A stretch of 61,829 bases of DNA from a virus (Duplodnaviria; Caudoviricetes): positions 1 through 61,829 of IMG/VR virus record IMGVR_UViG_3300042934_000981; one strand, 5' to 3'. Positions 47,469-56,785 of this stretch are shown here, piece after piece. Each line of letters opens with the position of its first letter. Position 1 is the first letter of the stretch. A model generated the notes under the pieces. That model searched no databases, was not told the origin of the DNA, and saw only the letters and a list, made by a program, of their open reading frames with translations. The position numbers were made by a program, and so were the translations under genes.

Positions 47469-47749
47469 CAGAACGGAGTCGGCCAGCCGATGCCGCGGAG
47501 GAAGGTGACCCCGTTGGGGAGCTCGCGGTGGACGCGCACCGCTGAGACCAGCCCTTCGTAGCCGCGGGCCAGGCGCTCGAGGTTGTAGTCGTCGGCGAGC
47601 ACAGCGGCGCTGAGCAGGTGCTCGACCATGCTGTCCTCGGTGGGTGCGCCCTCGCGGCTGTTCTTCCCGGGCGCCTGGCCCATGTAGCCGAGCACCGCGC
47701 GGGCGTCAGCCTGCGTGATGGTGTGCACCGCGATGATGGCGGCGGTCAT
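47468..47749 (-). CDS. hypothetical protein
   Basis: GGAGGAG RBS, ATGA overlap. Confidence 0.65.
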   Translation of the reverse strand: MTAAIIAVHTITQADARAVLGYMGQAPGKNSREGAPTEDSMVEHLLSAAVLADDYNLERLARGYEGLVSAVRVHRELPNGVTFLRGIGWPTPF

Positions 47750-48567
47750 GACTCCTCCGCGACGAGCGCGCCGTCGCTCAGCCGGAACTTGCGGAAGACG
47801 ATCGGCTGGCCGGACTGGACGCGGGCGTCCTGCGACATGAACTCGAGCATCTGCTCCCAGCTGCGGCCGAGTCCGCCCTCGCGGCCGGTGACCCACCACA
47901 GGCCGCGTGCCTTGCGGGCGGCGTAGTCGTAGACGGTGTCGCCCTCCTGGAACTGGATCGAGAACGCGATCAGCTTGTAGCGGTTCTCCGGTTCGGTCGG
48001 CAGCTTCGCGAGCTTCTCGCGCTCGGCGATGAGCTTCTCGAGGCGCTGCTGTGCGAGCTCGAGCTCGCGGTCGACGGTGGCGATGTTGCGCATGGTGGGC
48101 TCCTTCGGTCGAGCGGGGGTGGGGCGGTCGAGGTGGGACTGGAAGTGGGCGCTGCCCATCGACTCGGCTCTGGTCCTGGTCTCGTAGTTCGAGCTCCAGG
48201 TGCAGCCGGCGTGCGTGCACTTGGCACGCCAGCGAGGCGAGAGGCCGTCGCTGTAGAGCGTGAAGCCGACGTGGTTCATCTCGTAGTGGGGCGCGCTGGC
48301 GTTGGCCGTCTCGCAGGCGTGCTTGTGCACGTGCCGCTCGAGGAACTTCATGGCGGCGTCGAAGCTGCTGTGGAATCCGGTCCCGCTGCACTCGTCGCAG
48401 ACCGCCTGGAACTCGTCCTTGTATGCATCCAAACGCCTGCGATCGATGTGGCCGGGGTAGTCGGACAGCTCGATGCGCTGCGCCTCACCACGGGACAGAC
48501 GGACGCTTGTCTGGTAGGTGTAGCGCAGCCGTGTGGCCGCGTGGGTGTGCGGCTTGCTCTGAGGCAC
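47746..48567 (-). CDS. hypothetical protein with two C2H2-like fingers; possible internal start at 48093
   Basis: CCGGAAAGGA RBS; CDEC..H...H, CTHAGC..H...H; internal GAAGGAG-6-ATG. Confidence 0.6.
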   Translation of the reverse strand: MPQSKPHTHAATRLRYTYQTSVRLSRGEAQRIELSDYPGHIDRRRLDAYKDEFQAVCDECSGTGFHSSFDAAMKFLERHVHKHACETANASAPHYEMNHVGFTLYSDGLSPRWRAKCTHAGCTWSSNYETRTRAESMGSAHFQSHLDRPTPARPKEPTMRNIATVDRELELAQQRLEKLIAEREKLAKLPTEPENRYKLIAFSIQFQEGDTVYDYAARKARGLWWVTGREGGLGRSWEQMLEFMSQDARVQSGQPIVFRKFRLSDGALVAEES

Positions 48568-48642
48568 GATCTTCCTTTCCGGGAATTGGTAGGGCGGTCG
48601 CCGCGGTTCGGGTCTGCGACGACCGCCCTGGTCGATGTGGTT

Positions 48643-48671
48643 ATGTTACTGCACCCTGAGCCTTAGCTCAA
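48643..48671 (-). promoter_or_regulatory. sigma70-type promoter
   Basis: TTGAGC-17-TAACAT. Confidence 0.65.
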
Positions 48672-48674
48672 GGG

Positions 48675-49580
48675 TCAGTTGTCGAACCCGAACACGATGC
48701 GGATGTTCTCGTGCGGGATGTCGCCGTGCCCCTGCCAGCCCGGCTTGTCCTCGACGCCCTCGTGCTCGACCTTCCACGACGGCGGACGGTCGGCGGCGTA
48801 GCGCTTGAGCTCTTCGATCGCGGACTCGAGCTCACCCACCGAGCGCTCGAGCGAGGACTCCCAGATGTACTGGATGTAGTAGCTGGGATTCGCGATCCGC
48901 TCCTGGAACGCGGCCTCGCTGGCCTCCGTCCACGACGGCTTCGACCGCCAGTGCTCGAGGTATTTGGCCGTTTCGGGGTCGATCCCGGTCGGGCGCTCGC
49001 CCGCATCCCACTGCTCAGGCGTCAGCACCCAGATGCCATGGCCGCTGATGCCGCCCGACCAGCCATCGGGCTCGCCACCGTCGCGCTTGATCTGCTCGTA
49101 GACCTCGGCCGGGATCACACCGGTGCGGACCATGTGCGGCTTGAGCTTGCCCGCCTCCTGGAAGGCGATGAGCTCCTCGAGTGTGAACCAGGAGTGCGAG
49201 TGCATGTCGACCGACCAGCTGTCGACCTCGGCCAGCCATCCGAAGCTGGCGTCGGCCGGCACACCACGGGGCGCGTCGAGCGGCTGGATGCGGTTGCCGG
49301 TCGGAGCGCCGGCGAACCCACGCCCGTTGCGCACGTCGGCGAGCAGCGCGAACAGGTCGTAGTTCCGGTCGTCGAGCGGTGCCACCCGACCGCGCACCTT
49401 GAACGGGGCGTAGTCCGAGTCGGGGCGGTAGTAGGTGTTCACGAAGATGTCGTCTTCGATCGCGACCCAGCGCGGCGAGCCCGGCTCCCAGATGCCGGCG
49501 ATCTTCGAGCCGGGCTCCATCCAGTCGCCGTCGTACCGCGTCTGCTTGACCTCGACCATCGAGTGAATGTCGCATCCGAT
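48675..49580 (-). CDS. MGCDIH-family phage protein; probable ATC start at 49580 (first ATG 49559)
   Basis: GCDIH, RNY.LF..LADVRN, PRG.P.D.S, HSHSW.TL.EL, RIVFGFDN. Confidence 0.75.
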   Translation of the reverse strand: MGCDIHSMVEVKQTRYDGDWMEPGSKIAGIWEPGSPRWVAIEDDIFVNTYYRPDSDYAPFKVRGRVAPLDDRNYDLFALLADVRNGRGFAGAPTGNRIQPLDAPRGVPADASFGWLAEVDSWSVDMHSHSWFTLEELIAFQEAGKLKPHMVRTGVIPAEVYEQIKRDGGEPDGWSGGISGHGIWVLTPEQWDAGERPTGIDPETAKYLEHWRSKPSWTEASEAAFQERIANPSYYIQYIWESSLERSVGELESAIEELKRYAADRPPSWKVEHEGVEDKPGWQGHGDIPHENIRIVFGFDN

Positions 49581-50022
49581 AGGTCATCACCTTCTTTCTT
49601 TTCGACGAGCGCGCTCGTCGAGTACGTGGCACAGCCGGCACTGTCGATAGCGCCGGGGCCTGAGGTTGGCAGGATCCGTCAGGTCGTGACCCCGCTTGCA
49701 CACCGTCTTGCGTGCGTTGATTGCTGGCGACGAGTAGCCTCGGCGCTTGTTCTCGGCGAGCGTGACGAGCTCGTTGTGATCCGGGTTCACGCAGCTGTGT
49801 ACTCGGCACAGATGGTCGAGCGTGAAGCCATCGGGGATCGGGCCAACGAGGATCGTCCAGGCGTAGCGGTGCGCCAGCCAGACGAACGATCCATCGTTGA
49901 ACCGACCGTAGCCGTCCCTGTTCTTGCCACGGGTCCACTCCCAGCAGATGCCGGTGGCGTCGACCTTGGGCCAGAACCGGTGTTCTGGGTTGCTCATGGG
50001 CTGAGCATACACACGAGTACTA
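49572..50022 (-). mobile_element. 451-bp HNH homing-endonuclease insertion
   Basis: deleting it restores ATG GGC TGC GAC ATT CAC. Confidence 0.7.
49587..49997 (-). CDS. HNH endonuclease
   Basis: RFWPKVD..CWEW...GYG.F...AHRYAW...GPIPDG..LDHLC....CVNPDH...T.AEN; C-terminal CKRGH..CRLC; leaderless TGnTATGCT-6-ATG. Confidence 0.9.
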   Translation of the reverse strand: MSNPEHRFWPKVDATGICWEWTRGKNRDGYGRFNDGSFVWLAHRYAWTILVGPIPDGFTLDHLCRVHSCVNPDHNELVTLAENKRRGYSSPAINARKTVCKRGHDLTDPANLRPRRYRQCRLCHVLDERARRKERR

Positions 50023-50032
50023 GCAGCCCATG

Positions 50033-50539
50033 TCAGCCCTCGAGTCCCACGAAGAGATCGGCGGGGTCGGCGGCGGCACGCAGCTGGGCGAAGTCGAAGC
50101 CCGCCACGCGCTTCGGTCCGAGGCCGTGGGTGATGTCGAAGACCTCGAGCTTCTCGGCGTGCAGGTCCACGACGTAGCCCCACTCGAGCCACGAATCCGT
50201 GGCTGTGAGTGCGGCGTCGGGCTTGTCGAGATCCCACACCGGCATCACGCCGGCGTCGAGGTACCCCTGCAGGTCACCCTGCAGATCGCGGAGTACGCCG
50301 TACCAGTCGCCGTCGCGACCGTCGATCGTCGGCAGCTTCTCGAGCTGCTCGGGCGTGGCTGCCGCGTTCTCGTCGACGAGCATGACCGCCTTGAACTTGG
50401 CGCGAGCATCCTCGAGGTCCGTGGTCCGTACGAACTCGACGACACGCACACCGAGGAAGCTCGGGTACGAGTCGTAGTGGTTGTACGCGGCGACCGTGCG
50501 CTGCTCGTCGCGCAATGCGACGAAGCCTCTGGTTCCCAT
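50033..50539 (-). CDS. hypothetical protein
   Basis: MGTRG...YNHYDSYPS.LG...EWGYVVDL family-like motif. Confidence 0.75.
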   Translation of the reverse strand: MGTRGFVALRDEQRTVAAYNHYDSYPSFLGVRVVEFVRTTDLEDARAKFKAVMLVDENAAATPEQLEKLPTIDGRDGDWYGVLRDLQGDLQGYLDAGVMPVWDLDKPDAALTATDSWLEWGYVVDLHAEKLEVFDITHGLGPKRVAGFDFAQLRAAADPADLFVGLEG

Positions 50540-50594
50540 GTCTTGCCTTTCCGGTTGAAGGGTGGGGGCGGGCCGGATGCCCGCCCCCGGGTCA

Positions 50595-51155
50595 TCACTG
50601 GGGGATGGTCGTGAAGATGGCGTCGTTGTACTCGAAGCCGGGGGAGAGCGAGTAGGTCAGGTCGCTGGCGTCGGCCACCGACCATGCCTCTGCCCACGTG
50701 ATCGACTGCCCGGGCAGCACCGCCGTGGTCGGCGAGCCGCCGACGTTGTTCTCCATGTCGTAGACCTGCGACGCCTCCGAGCCGCCCGACGACAGCGTGC
50801 CGAACACGAGCGGGTCGTACGCCGCGTCGGTGCCGTTGGTCACCGTGATGTTGAACACGATCGACGTCGGGAAGTCGACGCCGGCGGCGTACTGCGACGG
50901 CGTGAACGGGACGGCTGCCGACACGCTCAGCCCCATCCCGTCCTCGTACTCGATGGTCTCGCCGAAGGCGAAGATCATGTCGTCGACGGGCACCGGCTCC
51001 TCGGCCGGCTCGGGCGCCTCGACGGGCGGTGCCGGCTTGGGGTCGGTCGTCGAGGTGGGGTCGGCCACCGGCTCGGCGCTGACGACCGAGCATCCGGTGA
51101 GGGCGAGTGCCGTCACGACGGCGAGCGCCACGAGGGCGCGGGAGATCTTCTGCAT
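50595..51155 (-). CDS. lipoprotein with Ig-like (DUF4352-like) domain
   Basis: signal peptide and lipobox LTGC; Pro-rich linker; ITVTN...VLPGQS. Confidence 0.75.
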   Translation of the reverse strand: MQKISRALVALAVVTALALTGCSVVSAEPVADPTSTTDPKPAPPVEAPEPAEEPVPVDDMIFAFGETIEYEDGMGLSVSAAVPFTPSQYAAGVDFPTSIVFNITVTNGTDAAYDPLVFGTLSSGGSEASQVYDMENNVGGSPTTAVLPGQSITWAEAWSVADASDLTYSLSPGFEYNDAIFTTIPQ

Positions 51156-51172
51156 TGTTGCTCCTTGATCTG

Positions 51173-51592
51173 CTAGAGGTTGGGGTCGTGCTCGTCGACG
51201 TTGTGCATGGGGTCGACGCCGCTCTGCTCGCGCAACGTCACGCGCTGCATCGAGGTGAGCGGAGGGGTCGGGCCGTTGCGCTTGACACGCTCGGCTCGAA
51301 GGATGCGAAGCACCTCGTGAGACGTCTCGAGCTCACGTGCCATCGCACGGAAGAGCGGTGTCTCGGTGAGGCTGGGCGGTCCCGGCCGCAGCCGGGTCGG
51401 CACGACGAGCACCCCGGACCCATGCTCGGGCACAGGCGGGACGAAGTGCGGGTCGTCCGAGTAGACGATGGTCGGGACGGCTGCACCACGCAGCACCGTG
51501 TTCGTGGCGAGCGAGCGGAACGCGCTCGGCGAGTACTGCGCGATCCACGGCCACGGGTTCTCCGGCTTGAACTCAGCGTCGGGCATGCTCAC
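51173..51592 (-). CDS. hypothetical protein
   Basis: GTGA overlap. Confidence 0.5.
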   Translation of the reverse strand: MSMPDAEFKPENPWPWIAQYSPSAFRSLATNTVLRGAAVPTIVYSDDPHFVPPVPEHGSGVLVVPTRLRPGPPSLTETPLFRAMARELETSHEVLRILRAERVKRNGPTPPLTSMQRVTLREQSGVDPMHNVDEHDPNL

Positions 51593-52077
51593 TCCTCGAT
51601 GACAGGCTGCGGGCCCTCGATCTTGCGGATGGCGGCACGGATCTCCGGCACGGTGACGCGCAGCTCGAACAGGTTGTACCTGTAGAGCATCTCGATCGGG
51701 TTCCACGCATCGGTCGGGATGTCTCCCCACGACAGGCCGCCGGTGATCCACCACGAGCGGCCACCGATGTCGATGGTCGAGACCTGACGCTGGTTCCTGA
51801 ACAGCCGCCGGATCGACTCGGCGGCCCAGGCGTGCAGCTGTGCCTGCGGGTAGATGTGATCCGGGTCGTCGTACAGGTAGTCCTCGTGCCACTCGAAGTC
51901 GTCGGCGTCGAGGTCGTTGCCGCGCATTCTCTCGATCGCGACCTCGGCCATCACCGTGACCCAGGTGTCGTACTGCTTGACCCGCTCCGCATCCACGGTC
52001 AAGCGAGAGAGCTCGCGCTGTGCGGCTGCGGTGAAGCGCGGGGCCGCCGCGATGGCGACCATCATGTCAGCGCCCAT
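51589..52077 (-). CDS. hypothetical protein
   Basis: MGAD...TGG.SWGD.PT motif. Confidence 0.7.
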   Translation of the reverse strand: MGADMMVAIAAAPRFTAAAQRELSRLTVDAERVKQYDTWVTVMAEVAIERMRGNDLDADDFEWHEDYLYDDPDHIYPQAQLHAWAAESIRRLFRNQRQVSTIDIGGRSWWITGGLSWGDIPTDAWNPIEMLYRYNLFELRVTVPEIRAAIRKIEGPQPVIEE

Positions 52078-52376
52078 CAGAGATCCACCTTCCTTGTCTC
52101 GGCCACGACGACGCCGGCAACTTCGACCGGCTGGTAGCCCTCGTTCTGCACGCCTGTCCAGAAGTTCAGGTAGGCGTCGTCCGGCCCGACATCCCCGACG
52201 GGCGGGAAGCCGAGTCGAACGATGAGGGACTGTAGGGGTTCGAGCACGTGCTCGATGGTCTCGCTGTCCCACTGAGGGCCGCTCGCGCCGGCGGCGGTAA
52301 GCGCATCGATCACTGCCTCGACGGTGTCATCGGGCACGGCGTGCAAGGCTTCACTCACTCGGATCCGATCGCCCAT
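52077..52376 (-). CDS. hypothetical protein
   Basis: GAGGGAG RBS; TGATG overlap. Confidence 0.65.
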   Translation of the reverse strand: MGDRIRVSEALHAVPDDTVEAVIDALTAAGASGPQWDSETIEHVLEPLQSLIVRLGFPPVGDVGPDDAYLNFWTGVQNEGYQPVEVAGVVVAETRKVDL

Positions 52377-52377
52377 C

Positions 52378-52800
52378 TCAGATCTCCCTCTCGTCGGGAT
52401 CCTGCAGGTCGAAGTGTGCGGCATCGAGCCGCTCACGGTCCATCTCCTCGTGCGCCAGCGAGATCTCGGCGTCCTCCTCGATGAGCGTGCGGTCGACGAA
52501 CTCCTGCGCCCGCTTGGTGTAGATCGACTGGTCGAAGTCGATGTCCGTCACCTCCTTGGGCAGATGGATCACCCACTCGATGTCCGCGCCGTCGCTGTTG
52601 GTGATCTCCTGCGAGAGCCAGACGTGCTGCCCGCTCGTCCTGATCGAGGGCTCGAAGTCCTGGTCCTCATTCGCGATGAGACCGCGCACCGCCTTGAGCG
52701 CGGCCGCCGCCTGCTCTTCGGTGTGGGTGTGGTAGCGGATGGAGAGTGAGCCCTCGTTCCCGAGCTCGACCGCCTGCCCGTTGATGTGGATGATGCTCAT
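52378..52800 (-). CDS. hypothetical protein
   Basis: ATGA overlap; codon bias. Confidence 0.65.
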   Translation of the reverse strand: MSIIHINGQAVELGNEGSLSIRYHTHTEEQAAAALKAVRGLIANEDQDFEPSIRTSGQHVWLSQEITNSDGADIEWVIHLPKEVTDIDFDQSIYTKRAQEFVDRTLIEEDAEISLAHEEMDRERLDAAHFDLQDPDEREI

Positions 52801-53330
52801 TGCGGGGTGATCCCTTCGATGAATGCGCGGAGGATGTCCGCGACTTCCTGTCCTGCTGCGATCTCGGCGTCATTGCTGTCGCCGTCGGCCGTGCGCTCGA
52901 GGTGCTCGAGCGCCTTGGTGCCACGGTCGATGAGCAGCGCGTAGTCCAGTGGGACCATCGCGCTGGTCTGTGACTTCGCCCGATCGATCTCCCCGGCACG
53001 GTAGACCAGCGTCTCGGCGCCGGGCCCGTCGTCGTCCCAGGTCTGCGACCACGTGACCTCGAGCTCGGGGTGCTTGCTCGTGAGCTCCACGATCCACTCA
53101 CCGATCTCGTCGGCGCGCCACGTGGTCTGGCCCTCCATCTGAGCCGAGTCCTTGCGCTTGGCCACGACCTCCTCGGGCGTGAGCCCGGTCGGGTTGACCC
53201 ACGCCACATCCCAGCCATTGCTGCCTTCGCCGCCGTTCGGGTTCTCGTAGAGGTCGAAGTCGCGCAGGGTCTTGCGCTTGATGCCGGCCGCCTTGATCCC
53301 GTAGATCGTGACGACGTTCCACGTGCTCAT
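52797..53330 (-). CDS. hypothetical protein
   Basis: ATGA overlaps. Confidence 0.65.
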   Translation of the reverse strand: MSTWNVVTIYGIKAAGIKRKTLRDFDLYENPNGGEGSNGWDVAWVNPTGLTPEEVVAKRKDSAQMEGQTTWRADEIGEWIVELTSKHPELEVTWSQTWDDDGPGAETLVYRAGEIDRAKSQTSAMVPLDYALLIDRGTKALEHLERTADGDSNDAEIAAGQEVADILRAFIEGITPQ

Positions 53331-53938
53331 CGCTGGGCCACCAGGTAGTTCGGCTGCAGCAGGATCGAGAGCGGTCCACGCGTGATCCGCACCGGCCCCG
53401 GCTTCGACTTGTACCCCTCGCTCGTCTCGAACGTGATCGGCTCCTTCTTCGCGTCGCCCGAGCCGAACCCGGTCACTCCGGTGAGCACGCGCTTGAGCAG
53501 CACCGGGTTGAGTGCGACGGGGACGGCGTCGCTCGCCGGCTTGAAGTCGTTGAGCAGTCGCATCACGGGCGGCACGTTGCCCGTGATGCGACTGGTGACG
53601 GACGAGCCGTACACCGTGCCCTGCGAGTCGATGAGCTCGGCCGTCACAACGTCCTGCCCCATCGTGTAGCGCACGTGCCGGTCGTATTCGGGCTTCTGCT
53701 TGCCGACCCACGTGAGCAGCTCGCGGGGGATGATGACCTGCTCGTCGCCGTCGTGCTCGGCATCGGCCACGTGGTAGGCCACCACGCAGTAGCGATCCGT
53801 CGCGAAGAGCGTGTTGGCCTCTGCGTCCCACGATGCCGTGAGCAGGATCGGCGTCACCTTGTCGTCGCTCGTGCCGGTGACGACGACCTTGGCCGAGGCG
53901 ATGGCGTCGGCGATGCGCATGGTGAGCGTGGTCATCAC
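53327..53938 (-). CDS. DNA sliding-clamp (beta)-like protein, truncated
   Basis: DDKVTPIL....FATDRY, P.V.RL, ALNP.LL, LLQP. Confidence 0.65.
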   Translation of the reverse strand: MMTTLTMRIADAIASAKVVVTGTSDDKVTPILLTASWDAEANTLFATDRYCVVAYHVADAEHDGDEQVIIPRELLTWVGKQKPEYDRHVRYTMGQDVVTAELIDSQGTVYGSSVTSRITGNVPPVMRLLNDFKPASDAVPVALNPVLLKRVLTGVTGFGSGDAKKEPITFETSEGYKSKPGPVRITRGPLSILLQPNYLVAQR

Positions 53939-54330
53939 ACCACCTCCACGTAGCCGGGCGTCACGCGCCAGTCGTTCGCCAGCCCGTAGGTCTTCGAGTT
54001 GACCCTGACCACGATGGTCTCGGTGCCGGCGATGCCGCTGCGGCGGGTGCGCTCGTTGTCCACGATGCGCACCTTCGCGCCGACGGGGATGTCCAGCTTC
54101 GGCGTGCGATCGGCCTGCGCGTTCACCGCCGCGCTCAGCGCGTCGAGATCCTGCCCGATCTTGGTGACGATGGCACCCTGGCTGAGCAGGTAGTCCTTCC
54201 CGTCCGCGAGGTTGCGGATCAGGGTCTTCGTCTGCCGGTGCTTCACGACGACGAACTCCTTGCCGTTGTACGTGAACTTGTCGCCGGCACGCAGGCGCAT
54301 GAGCGCCTGCGTCGGTGTGGTGGTGGTCAT
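53935..54330 (-). CDS. hypothetical protein, two SH3/KOW-like barrels
   Basis: LRAGDKF...VVK and VGAKVRI...VVRVNSKT..WRV. Confidence 0.65.
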   Translation of the reverse strand: MTTTTPTQALMRLRAGDKFTYNGKEFVVVKHRQTKTLIRNLADGKDYLLSQGAIVTKIGQDLDALSAAVNAQADRTPKLDIPVGAKVRIVDNERTRRSGIAGTETIVVRVNSKTYGLANDWRVTPGYVEVV

Positions 54331-55220
54331 GACTGCTCCTTGGGTGCGGTGCCGACGAGCTCGCGCACGTCGTTCGGGGTGGTGATGAGCGTGGCGCCCA
54401 TCTCTCGGATGAGTCGGTGGCATCCGGCGGATGCGGCCGACGTGAGCGGACCGGGGATCGCCCCGACCTTGCGGTTGAGGGCGAGCGCGTGGCCCGCCTC
54501 GTTGAGAGAGCCGGACCGCCAGCCTGCCTCGACCACGAGCGATGCCATCGAGCTCGCCGCGATCAGGCGGTTGCGCTGCAGGAAGCGCCACTTGGTCGGA
54601 GCCGAGCCCGGCGGGAGCTCGCTCACGATGGCGCCGGTCTCACCGATCCGGCGGATCAGGTCGTTGTGCCCGGCGGGGTACGGGCGGTCGACGCCGCCGG
54701 CGAGGAAGGCGATGGTCCTGCCGCCGGCCATCATCGTCGCGCGGTGAGCAGCGCCGTCGATCCCGTACGCCGCACCACTCACGATGACGTGGTCCCGGCT
54801 CAGATCCGAGGCGAACTCCATCGCCTCGTGCTCGCCGTACGACGTCGCCGCTCGGGCGCCGACGATGGCGAGGCGAGGCCGAGGATCGACGAGCACGTCG
54901 AGGTTGCCTCGCACGTAGAGCACGACCGGCGCGCTCTCGCCGAGCTCGTGCAGGCCCTCGATCCAGTACGGGTTGACGGGCACGATGCCGCGCGCCGTGC
55001 AGTCGGCCTCGATCTCGTCGGCCAGATCGTCACGCCAGCGCGGCTTGACCCGAGCCATGAGCTTCGTCCACTCATCGCTCGGGATGGCGACGTCATCGCG
55101 CACGATCATGTTCACGAGCTCGATGGGCGTGACCAGGCCGAGGAACTTGCCGATCGTGGTGTCGCCCGGCTCGGCCAGGTACGAGAGCACCATGCGTGCC
55201 CTCAAATCTTCGTTGTCCAT
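54327..55220 (-). CDS. dprA: DprA/Smf DNA-processing protein
   Basis: PVVLYVRG, AIVGARAATSYG, IVSGAAYGIDGAAH, FLQRNRLIAA, VVEAGWRSGSLN. Confidence 0.93.
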   Translation of the reverse strand: MDNEDLRARMVLSYLAEPGDTTIGKFLGLVTPIELVNMIVRDDVAIPSDEWTKLMARVKPRWRDDLADEIEADCTARGIVPVNPYWIEGLHELGESAPVVLYVRGNLDVLVDPRPRLAIVGARAATSYGEHEAMEFASDLSRDHVIVSGAAYGIDGAAHRATMMAGGRTIAFLAGGVDRPYPAGHNDLIRRIGETGAIVSELPPGSAPTKWRFLQRNRLIAASSMASLVVEAGWRSGSLNEAGHALALNRKVGAIPGPLTSAASAGCHRLIREMGATLITTPNDVRELVGTAPKEQS

Positions 55221-55230
55221 CTCGTCCTCC

Positions 55231-55488
55231 TCAGGACTTGGTGTGCTTGCGGACGCGGGCACGCCAGAGTGTGCGCGCCTCGTCGACGGTGCGGAAGTTC
55301 CACTCGTGCGACTCGATCACGTTCCACGACGACGTGATCTTGTGCGTGACGACCCAGTGGAGCGGGCCGGGGATGGGCCGGTAGGCCAGCACCACGCTGT
55401 GATGCCGGCCCCCGTGCACGTTGGCGTACTGCTCGCGTGCGCCCTGCTTGAGTGCGTCGACGGTGAGCAGCCCGTCGCGGTTGCGCAT
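55231..55488 (-). CDS. hypothetical protein
   Basis: TGATG overlap. Confidence 0.55.
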   Translation of the reverse strand: MRNRDGLLTVDALKQGAREQYANVHGGRHHSVVLAYRPIPGPLHWVVTHKITSSWNVIESHEWNFRTVDEARTLWRARVRKHTKS

Positions 55489-56537
55489 CACGACCCGGAC
55501 TCGAACGCCCAGTCGGGCAGGTGACCCGAGTTCACGAACGAGCGCACGATCTCGCTGAGCCCATGCTCGGGCTCGGCGGCGAGTGCGAGGTCGGCGTAGT
55601 GCTCGGCGTGCGTCGATCGACCGAGCGCCCAGCTGAGCCAGGCGCACACTGCCAGCGTGCCGGCCTGGTCGGGCACCGCAGCGCTGACCCAGCGATTGAG
55701 TTCGAGCGCCCGCTCGAGGCGCTTGAGATCCGGTCGCGGGCCTGCACCCCACATGACCATCGCGAGGTCCACCGGGTACTCGGTGCCCTCCTCCCACGCC
55801 GTCTGCGCGTCGATGCCCCGCTCTCCCAGCTGCTCTCCCCCGACGGTGGTGAGCAGGATCACGTCGCGCAACGCGGGCCGCTCGTTCAGCCGGGCGAGGA
55901 TCGCGAAGGCCACGGCCTGCGCCTCGCTCGGATCCGTCATGAGCAGGTTCTCGTACCAGCCGATGGGCGTCTCGTTCGCGACGAGGCTGGCGGCGAGCAG
56001 GATGTCGGCCGGGATCTGCTCGAACGCGCGGCTCGCGATCTCGATCGTGTCCTCGGGCACCGCCGGGAGGGCGAGTCCGTCGAGGATCGAGTCCGCCACC
56101 GGCGTGCCCGCCGGCAGCAGCGAGGGGTCGAGCTCGTCGAGCGGGTGGATGGGCATGTCCTCGGCGAACGTCGAGCCCCACCCATCGCTCGCCACGAACA
56201 GCGAGTCCTTGGCCTCGATGCCCGCTCGGTGCATCGAGGCGACGATCTCCTCAAGCACGGGCAACGTGGCGTCGTGCGTGCGGGAGGTGTAGGCGATGGC
56301 CACCATGCTCTCCACGCCGGGCACTCGGGCGACGAGCCCGGTCATCGTCGACGAGACGGATGCCGGGCTCGCGGCGGCGGGCTCGAAGTCGAACCGCATC
56401 GCGCCGATGCTGCGGTTGTCGGCGAAGGCGACGAGCACGACGGAGTCCTTGGGGTGGTACCCAAGCAGGCCCGGGATCACGCCCAGGAAACCCGCGGTGC
56501 TGCCTGCCTTGACGACGGTCTTGTTGTTCTCGCTCAT
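55488..56537 (-). CDS. DUF4192-like protein
   Basis: IPGLLGYHPKDSVVLV...MRFD, RD, AWLSWALGRSTHA. Confidence 0.8.
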   Translation of the reverse strand: MSENNKTVVKAGSTAGFLGVIPGLLGYHPKDSVVLVAFADNRSIGAMRFDFEPAAASPASVSSTMTGLVARVPGVESMVAIAYTSRTHDATLPVLEEIVASMHRAGIEAKDSLFVASDGWGSTFAEDMPIHPLDELDPSLLPAGTPVADSILDGLALPAVPEDTIEIASRAFEQIPADILLAASLVANETPIGWYENLLMTDPSEAQAVAFAILARLNERPALRDVILLTTVGGEQLGERGIDAQTAWEEGTEYPVDLAMVMWGAGPRPDLKRLERALELNRWVSAAVPDQAGTLAVCAWLSWALGRSTHAEHYADLALAAEPEHGLSEIVRSFVNSGHLPDWAFESGS

Positions 56538-56785
56538 GCGAAGATGTCCTCTCCTGCGGCCGGCACGCGCCATGACGTGTCGCCGGTCTCGTTGACGGTG
56601 ACGATCCAGCGGGCGCTGTCGTCGGGATCTCCGGGCTCGCCCACGTACATCACCGGGGTGGTGTCGGGGTGCGCCTCGGCGAAGGCGCGCAGCTCGATCG
56701 AGCCGTCGTCCTCGGTGGTGAACTGCACGAAGGCAGCGTGGGCTTCGGTGTCGGGCACGATGATGCCCGTGTAGCGCATGTCCAT
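56534..56785 (-). CDS. hypothetical protein
   Basis: GGAAGGAG RBS. Confidence 0.6.
   Translation of the reverse strand: MDMRYTGIIVPDTEAHAAFVQFTTEDDGSIELRAFAEAHPDTTPVMYVGEPGDPDDSARWIVTVNETGDTSWRVPAAGEDIFA

Noticed and set aside
49572-50022. Group I intron or intein carrying the HNH
   Set aside because: Only about 40 nt lie outside the HNH ORF, too little for a ribozyme core, and in-frame stops exclude an intein
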